The translations under genes were made by a program, and so were the position numbers. From positions 1,550,001 through 1,614,000 of the forward strand of contig LSRY02000006.1 in assembly GCA_001643675.2 (NCBI GenBank): a DNA stretch of 64,000 nt, read 5' to 3'. Positions 35,732 to 49,100 of the stretch are shown piece by piece (the first letter of the stretch is position 1; each line of letters opens with the position of its first letter). Source of the DNA: Monocercomonoides exilis PA203. Lineage: Eukaryota; Protista; Preaxostyla. Below the pieces are notes generated by a model. That model was given only the letters and a program-made list of their open reading frames with translations. It had not been told where the DNA came from and ran no database searches.

Positions 35732-36894
35732 ATGTCTTTGACAAACAAATATTTTGTTCTGGCTACCGATCTTGACGGAACGTTATTGAGATCTGATCAA
35801 AGCATTTCGCAATTTGACGCTTCCATGCTCTTCAAACTTCAAGAAGGTGGAGTTAATGTTGTTTTTGCAAGTGGTGGGTTTATATTGTTTTATTAAATTC
35901 TAAAAATTTAACACTCACATCTCAATAGGAAGAACATCTTTTGATGTTATAAATAGGTACGAAAAATTGGGGTTAAGACGAGAGAATGCATATGTCATTG
36001 GTTGGGTTTATATTTTTTAATATTTTTTGAGCTGTTAGCTGAAATTCGAATACAGGAACAGCTGGATGTGAAATAGTGAAAATTTCTGATCGCTCTTTGC
36101 TTTATACAAACGGATTAACGGCTGAAGTTGTACCAATCGCTGTTGATTTTTGCAAAGCAAATAATTATAACATAGGTTTCTTGAAGAGCTATTTTAAGAA
36201 TCCGTTTTTAATTTTATGAGAATTTTTTTTCAGAATTTTATTATAAGACAACGCATCTTGTTTGCACAAAGCTAAACAAACATCATGATTATCATGCAAG
36301 AGTTACTGATCTTCAGACTACTGTTATTAGTTACGAAGAAATGAAGGAAAGATGTATTAAATCACCTCCAATGAAATTTTTGATAACGGAAGATCCAGAA
36401 CTTGTTTCAACAAAGTTTGTCAAATTTTCAATTGCCTTAATTGCTATTTTATGAATTTTAAGAATAATTCCTTCATTGAAGGAACTTCTTCCTCCCTCTG
36501 CAAAACCTGTGCGCACAGAACCTTTTTACTGTGAGGTAATTCCTTCATCTGAAGGCAAAGCACATGCTCTTGAATGGCTTTGCGAAAATATATTTCATTG
36601 CTCAATGGAAAATGTTTTAAGTGTCGGAGATTCTGGAAATGATGTGGACATGGTTTGCTAAAAAATAAATAAATATAGCAATTATTAATTTTATAATGAA
36701 ATTTTATTGTTTTGTTTATTCCTTTTTATAAGTTATTATCATGTGGTGGTTCGTATTGCCCATCAAATGCATCTGACGCAGCAAAAGAAGTTGCAAAGCA
36801 TATTTCGACATATTCCAACGAAGAGAATTGCGTTGGTCAAATGATAAACTCAGTTTTCTTTGAAAATAAATACAAGCCGGATGAAGACACATGA
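35732..36894 (+). CDS. Cof-type HAD-superfamily (subfamily IIB) phosphatase, 6 exons, ~290 aa
   Basis: Motif I LATDLDGTLL, motif II VVFAS|GR, motif III EGKAHAL, motif IV SVGDSGNDVDM, then PSNASDAAKEVAKHI..SNEENCV. Five GT-AG introns keep frame. Confidence 0.9.
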
Positions 36895-37194
36895 CAGTTA
36901 TTTGAAGCAATTAATTATTTATTCTTTGTATTTATTCGATATTTTGCGTGAAATTTTAAAAAAAATTTCAAACATTTTTAAGTTTCAAAATTGTCAAAGA
37001 AAAAATATTACAAATGATATTGAATTAGCATTTACAAATGATTACACTGAGATAAATCAATCCAAAAAAAGATAAGATAAAGAAAAACGTCACAAAAAGA
37101 GATCAAACAACAAAACTTTCATTTATAAACATTACTTCAAATAGAAGATGAAGAAAAGGATATTCGAACTCAAAAAACGTAATTAATCTCATAT

Positions 37195-40100
37195 TTAAAA
37201 GAAGAGCTGCCTCATTGTCAGCTTTCCTGAGCTTCCGGCTGAGAAGAGATGATGCGCTGTTAATGCCACATCAGTCACAATTGGTAGTGTTTGTGAGAAA
37301 ATCCTCTTTTCCGGTGTGCCATCGCTAAGTGTCAGAAGCAGTGAACGTGTAGCAATGTCCCACAGTTTGATGTATCCATCAGCTGATGCAGAAACCAGAG
37401 TCTGTTCCCAAGGGTCAGTCGCAAGCGCAGTGATTGGAGCAGCATGTGCTGATGGGATGCTCCACAGTTCAGCTCCTCCAGTACGACGAGTGTCAATGCA
37501 GACAAGAGAGCCCGTGCTGCTTCCAGCAATGATGTCTCTTCTCGATGAAGATGAAAGAATGCTGGTGGCACCTGTGGTGGATGTGCTTAGCGTCATGTCA
37601 CCCTTCACAGCTGGAATGGACACGCTGCAGATACACCGTGATTTTGGAGGGAGAAGAAGATCAAATACACACACTCCACCAGTTCCATAGTTGGAGAAAG
37701 AGGCAAATGAAGGGGCAAATGTTGAACTTGCAGATGAAGTTGATGCAAAAGATGTGCTGTTATCGTCTCCAGCTGTCGCCACCAAGAATCCGCTTGGTCC
37801 AATGAAAGCGAAATCATTGCATCTCTTTGAATGGGCTGTTGGAACATGAACAACGGGATGTCGAGGGAGTGATGCTGTAGGTGTTGGGATGCCGTCAAGA
37901 TGCCACATAGCAAAGCCTCCAGTTGAGTCGCTGACTCCGAAACAACAACCATTCAAAGGCTCGAATCTAATTCTTGTGGGAATGTAGTTACTCATATCAG
38001 GAACAGAGGCAGCTGCTGTTGATCCACCAGACAAAGAGCTCAGGCCAAATGTGTCTGGAAGAATTGTAGTGTGTGCGATTGCATGTTGGAAGCCAAATTT
38101 CCACAGGAAAGTGGTTCCTCCACGATGTGCTGAGAGATAGTAGGGAAGGAACGGATGGGCAGCTATTGAACGACAATGGCCCACATTGTGAGGAATCTGG
38201 ATGGTTGAGCAAAGCGGATATGCTTCGTACTTCTCAAAGGCTTCGCAGACAGCGTCTGCAGTTGACATGGAGAACACAGAAAGAGGAGCATTGAACCGTG
38301 AGGCTGTACAGGTGAGAATCAGGTTTGTCTCCACGCCATCGATTGAGGGAGTGATAGAAGTCATGTGAGGAATATCAACAAGTGGATTATCAGCTTTGTT
38401 GGAGAATGTGTGAGATGGTGTTGATAGTGAAGTGGAAAGAGGCTGAGCAAGTGGAGATGATTGGGCAGAAGAAAGAGGAGCAGGTGCTGCAGAGCCAGAC
38501 GAGGCAGCTGCAAGATGCTGCTGGTGCGACATCAGACTTACCAGTGCATGAGAAGACGGGGCGATTGATCGTGACTTGATGAGATGCCAAATGGGCGAGA
38601 CATCGTCAGAGGGAGGGAACAGGTCCAAGAACCTGGCCAAACTGGAATGAAGTGGTGCGGATCGATGCCGAAGTCGGCCAACAACAGCCATCAGATCGGT
38701 GATGAAGTTGTCTTTGAGATCTGAGTAATGGTTGTCTTCATCTGTCGCCTGAACAGAAACTTTCTTCAAAGCACTTCCTTTCATCGGTACAGCGGGCGCT
38801 GCTGTTGGTGCGACTGAGTTGAAGAAATAGCGGGACGAGCGCATGGCAGAATGAGGAGATGTCAAAAACTCCACTGTTGACTGTGCCAACTCTCCAATCC
38901 GAAGAGAAATAATTGTGTTTCCGATTTCAGGTGCAACTCTCCTTTGGAGTGAGGATTTTTGCAAAGCTGTTGAGGATGTGGATGCTGAAGCGCCTGTGTT
39001 GTATGAAACGAGTGGAGATGCAGCAGGAGACGAATAGAGCTGCCGTTGTTGTCCATCTGCTGTGTGCAGTGTGGCACTTTGTGATTGTCCAAGTGGAGTC
39101 GGTGAGAGTGGAGGAACTACATTTGACTGCATGCCTTCAATTGGAGTGATTGAACTGGATACCTGATCTCTTATGGACTGATTGCTTGCACTTGCTGCAC
39201 GAAGAGCAAGGCCAGATGAAGGAGAAGGAGATACATTCAGCGGAGGGAATGATAAATTGGTTGAAAATGGATGATTCACCATGTTGACAGATATCGATCC
39301 GTCTGATGTATCACTGTCTCTCACAGAAGAGATTGATGAGTGTGACATTTCCTCATTGAACATCATTTCTGACTGCCTTTTCAGTGCTTCCTGTGCCAAA
39401 TAGTTGTCCAGTCCGTCAAAGCGATGCAGGCAATCTTCCCAAGTTTCTGCCTCATCGTGGCGAAGGGTGATGCCAGCTCCAAACCAGGTCTTCCTCAGAA
39501 GCTCAACTTCTGAAGAATTGGCAGCAGCAGTCGTTTGGGTAGTTGTACTGAATCCGCGACGAGAGCGAAGCGAGGCATCAACAGCAGAAAGAGGGAATGT
39601 GTCAACAGCACTTTCAGAAGAGGAGGCTGATGCAAGTGATGTCTGAGAAGAAGATGCTCCGGCAAGATTTGTCTGAGATGTTTGAGACTGAGATAGTGAT
39701 GGAATTGAAGAAGGAGTAAACATTGGAGAAGAAGCAGAAGAAGCAGAAGAAAGAGATGCAAGAATCGCTGCAGAGACAGACGAAGCTGGGATTTTCGTCT
39801 TTGGCAGATCCAAGCTGGTGTGCTGCCTCATCAGCAGCGACAAATCCATGTCCACCTCGCGAAGTCCTCTGCCTGAATGGATCAGAGCAACCTGTTGTGG
39901 ACGCTGTGGATTGAAACAGAAGCCGAAGATGGCTTCGTTCTTGGCTGACGAGCGGTAGAGCTCAACAGGCTCAGACGCTGCAACCAGAGGGCATCCCACA
40001 CGAAGCCTATTGGCACGCTGCAGTGGAACAAAGGAAGTGAGAGAAGGATCAGACAGCAGCTGGTTGAAGAGGACAGAAGCAGAAGGCGAGGCATCAAACA

Positions 40101-43100
40101 AAGACGAGCGAGCAAACGAGACAGGAACAAGTGGGAAGACATGGCCATCCACAATGCAATAGCGGCTGGACAGCACTTGCTTTGCAGGCTGAGAACCAGC
40201 TGTGCCAAACGAAGAGTCATTGAAGCCAGAAGCAAACTGGTTGGACTGAGATGAAGAAATAGTGAAAGGGTTGGGTGAAGGAGGGCGAAGAGAGTGAGTT
40301 GACGGATCGAGATCAAGAAGAGAACTGAACAGCACAAGATGGTGTGAATGCGAGCGACGCGAGGCTCTTTTCGCTTTGGGAGTCGACATTAGTGACGAAG
40401 TGGAAGAGGACGATGGTAAAGAAACGGTTTGAGGAGCAGAATTTGAATTGGGATCAAACGACTGGAAAGATAAAGAAAGATATTTCCGTGGCTCCGTTTG
40501 CTCGTTATGAGAAATAGTGTTTTCTGGTGTTTTTGCAGCTGAAACGATCTCAGAGCTTTCTGGATGTTCTGTTTCTGACTGCTCTTTTTCTGATTTCTGC
40601 GCCGAAGGTGGCAAGGTTGGGGTAATTTCTTGTTTGACATTAGTTTCGCTTGATTTTGCAGTCTGTTTTTTGTTGGTCTTCGACTTTGTTGGGAACGAAG
40701 CAGCAGTTGTAACAGAGCCAAAGAGCGAAAATGTGGAAGAGTGGACAGGTGTAGGCACTGTCTGTGGGGCAGAGATGATGCTGCCGATGTTGCTGGTGAT
40801 ATCTCCGAATGGTGTCATCAGATTTGGAATGGCACCTCTATTGAACTGTGCCATTCTCAGCGCCATCTGCAGCTGGTGAGCGCCTTCTTGGAGAGAGGGG
40901 TCATTCTGTGCCATGTTTTTGCGGCGTGCGTAGCCTCTTCTGTGTGAATGTCGACTGGTGCTGTGGTGAGATACCACAAATGGGCTCTGCAAGGCAGCGT
41001 GCAAAGTGGAGCTTGAGTGATGGTGGTGGTGTGGGTGATGGCTGTGCGTGTGCAGAGCATTCAGATTGTGTCGAGAATTGGAGAGGAGTCGGGTGTTGTA
41101 GTGATGAAGATGCAGCTCATGCGACTTGGCAGCAAGAGAAAACAGAGAAAGAGAAGTGGACGGTGCTCCACCTCCGATGGTGAGGTACGGAATGCTTCCG
41201 GTGGCTGAAAGCAGAGGAGAACTGATAATGCGTGCAGGGTTTGTCATAGGCATGCTGGACTTGTTGTTTTCTTGTGCAGTTGATGAAGGATGATGCGTGA
41301 ATGTTGGGATTGACGTTGAAGTGTGGATTTTGTAAGGGCTTTTCTTCAAAGCTGCGAGTTTTTGGAGTGAAGATACTTGAAGCTGTCCATATGATTGTAT
41401 TCTGTGTTGCGCGCCTTCAGTCTGAAGAGGTGGAAGAGGCGTCTCAGATAGCAGAAACTTAGCAATTGCATCAGAAAACAGCGAAAGTGCTTTGCTGAAC
41501 TGCTCCTCTCGCCAAATGAGATAGTGTGACCCAACTTTTGTGGAGAGAGTCAGAACGAGATCACGAAAAGAGCCAGCGACGATGCTTGTGGAAGAAGACA
41601 AAGAGGAGCTCCCAGCAACAGCAAGCGTCTGGTCGCTTATTTCGAGTGCAGCTGTCTTCTGCTGCGAACTCATCTGAGGTTGAGGCGTGTGTGAAAGCAA
41701 AGGATTGCCCAAGGCAGAGTTTCGGGGACTGTAATCAGAGGACTTCATAGAAAGCGGAGTGTCTGCTGGAGAAGGAGAGCAGCTCAGTGGGTTGGCATTC
41801 GACAAATACGCCGCATCGATTGCTCGAATGTCGTTGAGAAGCTGCTGGTCGGACTGGAGGTGCTTCCATCTTGACAGACACACTGAGAAGATGTTGTGCT
41901 TCATCCGCTCGTTCATCTGCTCTGATGTTCGTGGGCGAAGAGGATTTGCTCCAGTAGACGTGGACTGGCCGGATGCGCCCTCATCTTCTGGGTGGATGGA
42001 CACTGTTGACTGCGATGTGAGGGATGATGTGAAGCAGGCAGAGCGGAAGAGAAGAAGCATGAAGCGATGGCGCAGCGACGTCAAAGCAGACGATGAGAAT
42101 TTCAGTGGCTTCATGTTGATCTGGGCGTTCTTTACGAATTCTGCGTGTGCCTGTTGATTGAGTGACTGTAAAGAAATTGGTGCCAATGGCTTTGGTGTTG
42201 ATGTGAGTGTTGTCAGTCCAACAGCAGATGAAGCAGCATTGCTGAACACATTACCAGATGGCTGGGCTGTTTGTGGTGCTGTTTGTTGTGTAGCAGTAGG
42301 CGATGAGACAGATGGGCGATAATATGCCGTGCAGTTCGGATTGTCGCACTTCTTTGAGAGAACAACTGTGGTTGGTGGAGGACGCATTTGCCCGTTAGCA
42401 TTACCTTGGCTTGGTTGTGTGGCTGAAGAAGGAGTATCAGAAGGAGGAACAAGATGAGTCTCATAAGACGACAAAAGAGCAGCTGAATCGTCCTGACTGG
42501 CAGCTTTGGCCTGAACATCAGCGGTTGTTGAGACAGAAGCAGGAGACAAAGGCCATGAGCATCGAGGGCAGTGTGTGAGTGATGGAACAAATGTGATTCT
42601 TCCACCAGCAACAGGAGGAGGTGGAGGCGGCGGTGGCTGCTTTCTGTTTCGATTCAGCGTTTGAGAAGTTGGTATGTCTTTTTTTTGCTCTTTTTTCGTT
42701 TTGATGAATATGTTTTTATGTGCAATAATCATCTGCTTCATCATTTCTGATTCTCTTATGATCATTTCTCGTTCTTCTTCTTCTTCTTCTTCCAATGTTA
42801 AATCTTTCAATGAAAGATAAGGTCGAAGGAATGCTGCAAGTGGACGAATGAAAGCAGGATATGATTGAGAAGGAGACAGAAGAGAAGGACGCTTGCCATC
42901 AAACCGCATTAATGAAAGTGCTTGTGTGGATGAGCTCGAAGATGAGGATGAAGACGAAGACGAAGATGTGGAAGAAGAAGATGACGACGAAGACGATGCT
43001 GAAGTTGATTGTGCAGACGAACGTGAACTGCGATCTTGTTCACCAACAGAGCCATATTCGCTGATGGAGCTCCGTTTCAGCAGCGCTGTCGGTATAAACA

Positions 43101-46100
43101 CGCCTCTCTCAGCAGGATTCATTGCAGCTGTGGTGGGTGTTTCATAAGAAGAGACGTGTGAAGGCTTAGGCACAAATGACATGGGAACAAGAGGCCTACG
43201 TGCAATGTCAGGTGGAGGAGTGATGAGGATGGATGAGAGAGCGCTGTATAATGAGGCATCGAGGTTGAAGAAGTGTGTGCACTCGCGAAGGAGATGATGG
43301 CACATCATCCGAACAACAAGCAGAAACGGGGCTTCGTGTATTTTGAACAAGGACGTCCACAACACAACAACATCCAGCACTTTCCTGATAAGCAACGCTC
43401 TCATCAAAGACTCACCTGCCAGCTTCTCGTGGATTTCGATTGAGTCTGCAATGTTCGAGACATTTGACTCACCACAGCGAACAACATCACTCAGAGGCTC
43501 TGATTTTTCCTCTTCATCTTTCTTTCCATCTGCTTCTGTTCCTTTTTGAGAATTAAGATCCAATGCTCCCTTCTCCTTGTCTTTGTCCTTATCGCTGTGA
43601 AGATCAGTAGCATCTCCTGAGTCCTTAGCACTTCTTGAAGGCTGAAGTTTTTGATGGAGGTTGACTGGCCATATGAACTGAGTGTGATCGAGTGTGTGGT
43701 GCAGCTTCATTTTTGGAGGTGCAGACGAGAAGCACGCAGACACTGACAGAAGAGGATCAGAAAGAATGGCAGTTCCCAGAGGAGACATTGGATTGTGCAG
43801 CGGATGGACAACAGACGGAGGCTTCAGAACAAGGAACTGCTGGCTGTATTTGATGTCGTTGTCTGAAGAAGAAGAGGAGGAGCTTAAGCCGAGCACGTGT
43901 CTCTTTGAAGACGCTGCCCAGTTGTAAACAGAGGTGCGTCGGCGGAATGGTGACGAAGTGTATCGGAAGCAGTCACTGGCAGTGAAAAGAGTGAAAGATC
44001 TGAGCAATGGAGAAGAGATAGTTACAAGTTGCATCGAATTAAAATTGGATGCAGCTCCCTGTGTTTGGCTGGGCTGCAATTGTGTGTTTGGATGAGGAGT
44101 TGGAGAGAACATCGAATTCTGATTCTGATTCTTGTTGCGTGATTTGGAGAATAGGCACAAAACAGAGTCAAATGCAATGTCTGAAGGTGGAGTTGATGGA
44201 GAGAGAGAGGAAATGAACAGGGCCATTCGATCATGGCTTCCTTTCAGCCACAAAGCAAGAAATACAACATAATGAATCATCAGATGAATTTCTATACGAT
44301 CTTGCTCAGTCACAAGCTCATCAACTGTGCGTGAAAGTGTGACTGTCTGATACACTTGCGACGAAAGTGTAAAGATGGCATTTCGGACTCTGCTTGTTCT
44401 GTCGTTCAGTCTTCTCTTTTCTGACTCTGTAAGAACAATATCTGGATTCTCTCCAAATGCCTCTTCCTCTCGTGAATCTGAAGAATTGTGTGATTGTGCA
44501 TTCTTTTGTGCTTTTTCCTTCTGCTGTTCTCTTTGTTTTTTCTCCTCTTCCTCAACAAGTTCTCTCAGCTCTCTCTGATCTGCCGACTGCTTCTCCTTCA
44601 GCTGCTGCGAAGCGTGTCGCAGTCTTATCAAGCACGCTTGAATATCTGCACATTCTTCCAGTGCATCTTCCATCTCTTCATCAGTAATCGTTCCCCATGG
44701 TCGCATTGGTGTGCGCATTCCTTGCGACACAAACAGATGAATCAGCCTGTCCACTTCGTTGAGTCTTCGTTGGCAGATTTCTCGTTCTTCATATCCGCCA
44801 TTGACAATCGGTGGAAGTGGTATTTCATTGTTGTGTCCGTTCTCCTGTCTCCCAGCAGCCGCATACACTTCCTTCAAATAAGCAGCATATCGCACCAGCT
44901 CTTCCTCGTGTTTCTCCCGATGGAACTTCGGCTTGTTCCTTCTGCGTTGTTTGCGCTCAGTTCTTTCTATTCCTTCAGTAGGGGTGCTGTCTTCGCCTTC
45001 CGCAAGTATGCCTGCATCCTGTCCCAGTGCAATTCCGCTCTTTATTGTGTCGTCAAGATGCGTCAGGTGGTTGATCTTGCCTCTTCTCCTCTGCATTGCC
45101 TGCGTGTGAAGCAAAAGCCATGTGATGTGCTGAGTGAGCATTGAACCTCCCATCGATCCTCCACACAGACGCGCAAGCACCGCCCGAGTTCGGTGGAGAA
45201 GGTACTTTCCTGCGATGCTGCTCATCTGTCTCCCTACAGATACAAGATTTGGAAGAAGTTCGTGTTCAAATATCGACACAAGAGACGAGGACGATGCCTT
45301 TGAATCAGCAGCTTGATGAGGAGTCTGATTTGCCTGGCTTGAGAAGTTAACGCCTGGCGAAGAAACAGGAGTTGAAGGAATGCTCACTGGAGTGAAGCTG
45401 CCTTCAACAGGAGACAGAACAGGTGTCTTTCCTTCTCCGACAATAACTGTCTGTCCTTCTGTTGCCAATGAATAGCTTGGTCTTGGTACAGCCAGTGGTG
45501 GATGCTGAGGATTTGAATGTTCTTGTTTGACAAGAGACATTGCACCATGGCCAGGTGCGAGTATCTGTTCGTCTCTTGAAGAAGCATTGCTTTCTTCTCC
45601 AGAAGGTGGAATTGCTGCAGCTGCAGATGCTTCTAAGGCTGCTTTTATTTCTCGTTTCTGTTTGACTTCCATAATAAACCGTTGAATTATCCTCTTTTCG
45701 ACTCTTTCCACGACTTTCTTGACGTCCTCCCTGAAATACCTCAAAGACTGCTTCTTCTCCTCCAATGGAGTAATATCAACCAGAACAAGCAGCACTACAA
45801 TATGATAGATGGCATATGCTCTGTTGGTGCTTGCCCAGCGATAGAGCGTGATGAACAGGCTTCGCACATCCACACCCAAAATATCACACACTTTGTTGAT
45901 CTCACTTCTGATTCCTTCCACAAATGACAGACTGACATGCGCCACACTCGTCAACACTTCTGCAATGTCGCTGTTTGCAACTGAAGCAGCACCTGAGGCA
46001 AGTTGCGACGCTTCCACACTCTCTGACTGCTCAACCACAACAGTCGGCTGGCTCGACGCAAACAGATTGGAAGTAGAGCGCGAGGAAACCAAGGAAGTGT

Positions 46101-49100
46101 CAGATGAATGAGAAGATGAGCTTTTCAGCTGAGAGGGATTGGACTGGATGATGTAGAACAGATAGTCTAAGATCGACTCGCACAGCGCAAGCAGCTTTAG
46201 CCACTCGGCTGAGCCTTCAGTTGTCCAGCACTCATTCAGCAGGGAGTTGTTCTGACTGCCTCCGCTTTCAGTTTCTTTGGCTGTCTTCTCATTTGATGTG
46301 TCAGTTGATTGGGCAGATGATGCTGAAGAGGGTGTTGTGCTTTGCTGTTGCTGGCTGTATTGAGAGAAAATGGACGAAGACGAAGACATCGGAGAAGAGG
46401 CAAAATCAAAGCTATCAAGCATTGAATGGCTGGTTTGAGGCGCCGATGGAGTTGATCCCATAAACGAAAAACGGGAAGAATATGAAGAAGTTGATGGGGA
46501 TAAGCCAAAGCCCGGAGAAGCAAAAGAAGAATCGGGCGAATCCTGCGATGGAGAAGATGAGACAGGAGTTGCTCCTGTAAGATCGCCTTTCTCTTCCAAA
46601 AATTGAGTCACGAGTAGAATGGGAGGATAGTAACTGTATGGATTCTCACTCGACATTGACCCGATCATTGCTCTGACTGAAGCTGCTGTGCTTTGCTGAG
46701 AGGCAGCAGGACTGTCTGTGGATGGGGCAGATGATGGATCGACTGTGAAGCGAGGGGATGTGAGGACAGCATCCATCGAAGGAATCACAGGCATTCCTGT
46801 GAGAATACCCAGGGCATACTGTTGGAACCACTTCTGCGAATAAGGAGTAGCATGAGGACTTATTCCATCTAAAGGCGCTGATTGTGAAGAACTTGTTGTT
46901 TTTTCAGGCTGAGAGAAGAAAGAAACTGGAAGATGCTTCTTCAAAAGCGGGTTCCGCACGAAATGCAGCAGGATCTGGACAGTGTCTGGTGTCTTCGAGA
47001 GGGCTGTGTTCTCCATCAGATATTGAAGAGCACCCGTCTGATCACCCTTGAGTGCATATGCCAGATGAACCATCCAGCCATCCCCGCAGTTTTTGGCGTC
47101 TGGAAAGAGATGCGTCTCGACTGTCTTTGCGATTGTTGTTGTTGATGAAACAGGTGAATTCGCTGGCTGAGATGAAGAAAATGAAGAAGAAGCAGGAGTA
47201 AGCGCTGTGCCGTATGACATTGGCGATATTGCAGAAGAAGAAGATGATGATTTCTTTGTAATATCGAGCAGCCGCGATATGATCATCCCCAGCTGCACAT
47301 CCCGCAGCATCCTGACGCACATGTTGATTGCGTCGCTTGGTTCATCTCCCAAAATGTAGAAGGCTGCAGCATAATGATACTCTTGTCTCCCCACCAGCGC
47401 ATATGCATTCTTCAGCGCAGCCCGCTTCCACCTTTCTGTGGTGAAGTCATTCGCTAAAAATGTGACCATTTTTTGGTCTCTGTTCAGTTTAAACAGCGCA
47501 GACAGCACTGCTTTCTTTCCCAATGCAAAGTACCACAGCGCCACTGACTTGGGATTCTTCGTTCTTTTGAACTCTTCTTTCGCCAGTTTCTCTGCAAACG
47601 CCGTCAGCTTCGATGGAGATGTGAGCCAGTAGCCAATTCCATAAAAACGAGCTTTTTCCCAACTATCGCAGGAGGCGAGAATCATGTCGCACAGGGCATC
47701 TTGTGTGAGTGAATAGAACGCCCATACAAAGTCTATGGTCGACAATGGAAACAGAGGGGCAACAGACTCTGTGCTTGTCGCATCAGCACCAGAAGAAGCA
47801 GAAGCGGATGATAAGGATGATGATGCACCAAATAGTTTGGCTGTGAGAGACGTCGAAGACACACCAAAAGAGCTTGCCTGATGCGAGAAAGATGAATTGT
47901 CTGGTTTTTTCGTCTTTGGTACAAGAAGAGGAGGGCATGCAAACTTGATGGCCAGCATGTATCGCAGTGCAGGCAGATCCAATGCTCCCTTTGATGAAGT
48001 TGACTGCTCCACGATGAGTTCAGTCAGACCAATCAGCTGTCGCTTCTCAACATCGCCCAAACGCTGCATCGGATAGCGCGAAAGAGCAATTCGCAGAAGA
48101 GAGAGATCGGCTGGTGTGAGTGTTGCTGATGATGACGACGACGATGATGCAGATGATGACCCATATGAAGAAGATGTAGATGATGACATTGATGACATTC
48201 CTCCGAATGACCCAAAGCTGTCCAGCAAAGAGCGTGGCTGTTTCACCTCACTTCTCCCGCTGTTCCTCTCATTCTTGTTGCTTACCTTCTCATCTGCACT
48301 GAGCCCCAGAAACACACTGAGAGGAGGCGGAGGCGGGGCAAGCGGCTCCATCTTGTTGAGGTCATCGACTTCTGCATACTCGTTCTCTTCGTGGATGGGC
48401 CTGATGAAGCTGATGAGGCGCTGCAAGATGGACACAGCGATGTCCATGCGATCACAATGAATAAGAGCACGCAGGAAGTTCGGATGGTAGAAAGGCTGTT
48501 TGTACGTGTCGACAGTAAACACCACAGCAGGTGAAGAAGACATTGCTTTTTCCATCAGCATCTGGGTAGATGAAGAGCCGTCTCTTGCTTTGTTCATCAG
48601 GAAAGAGCCTGGGCAGAAGAAGAGAGAAGATTGCGTGTGTGAGGTGAGATTGACTGAGTAGTTGTCTCCTGATTGGAATGCATCAAGAAGCACTGCTGAG
48701 GCAAGTGGCGGTCCCAATGTCAGCGACAAGGATGATGACGATGGATGAGAAGTTGCAATGGAGCGGCGCTTTTGGAGGAGCGAAAGAGAATCATAGCGAA
48801 GAAGAGAAAAGGTGTCTGAATTGCGCGGGCTGTCGATGCTCTTTGAGGCAGAACCGTAGAGAATAAGAGAATCTGTGGAGAGAAGAGAGAGAGAGGAATC
48901 AGAGAGAGAAGCTTTTTGTATGTCTGTTGATTGAGAAGAGTGTTCTTTTCGATAAGTTGGCACAAAATAGGAAAGTGCATTGCTGTTTGAGAGAGCAGAA
49001 GAAGGAGATGTGGAAGAGCGAGGCTGCACCGAAGACAAAGAATGAGTAGAAGATGATGAAGTGCTGGATGGCTGGAGATGAGGAATGGAATAGTCTGTTT

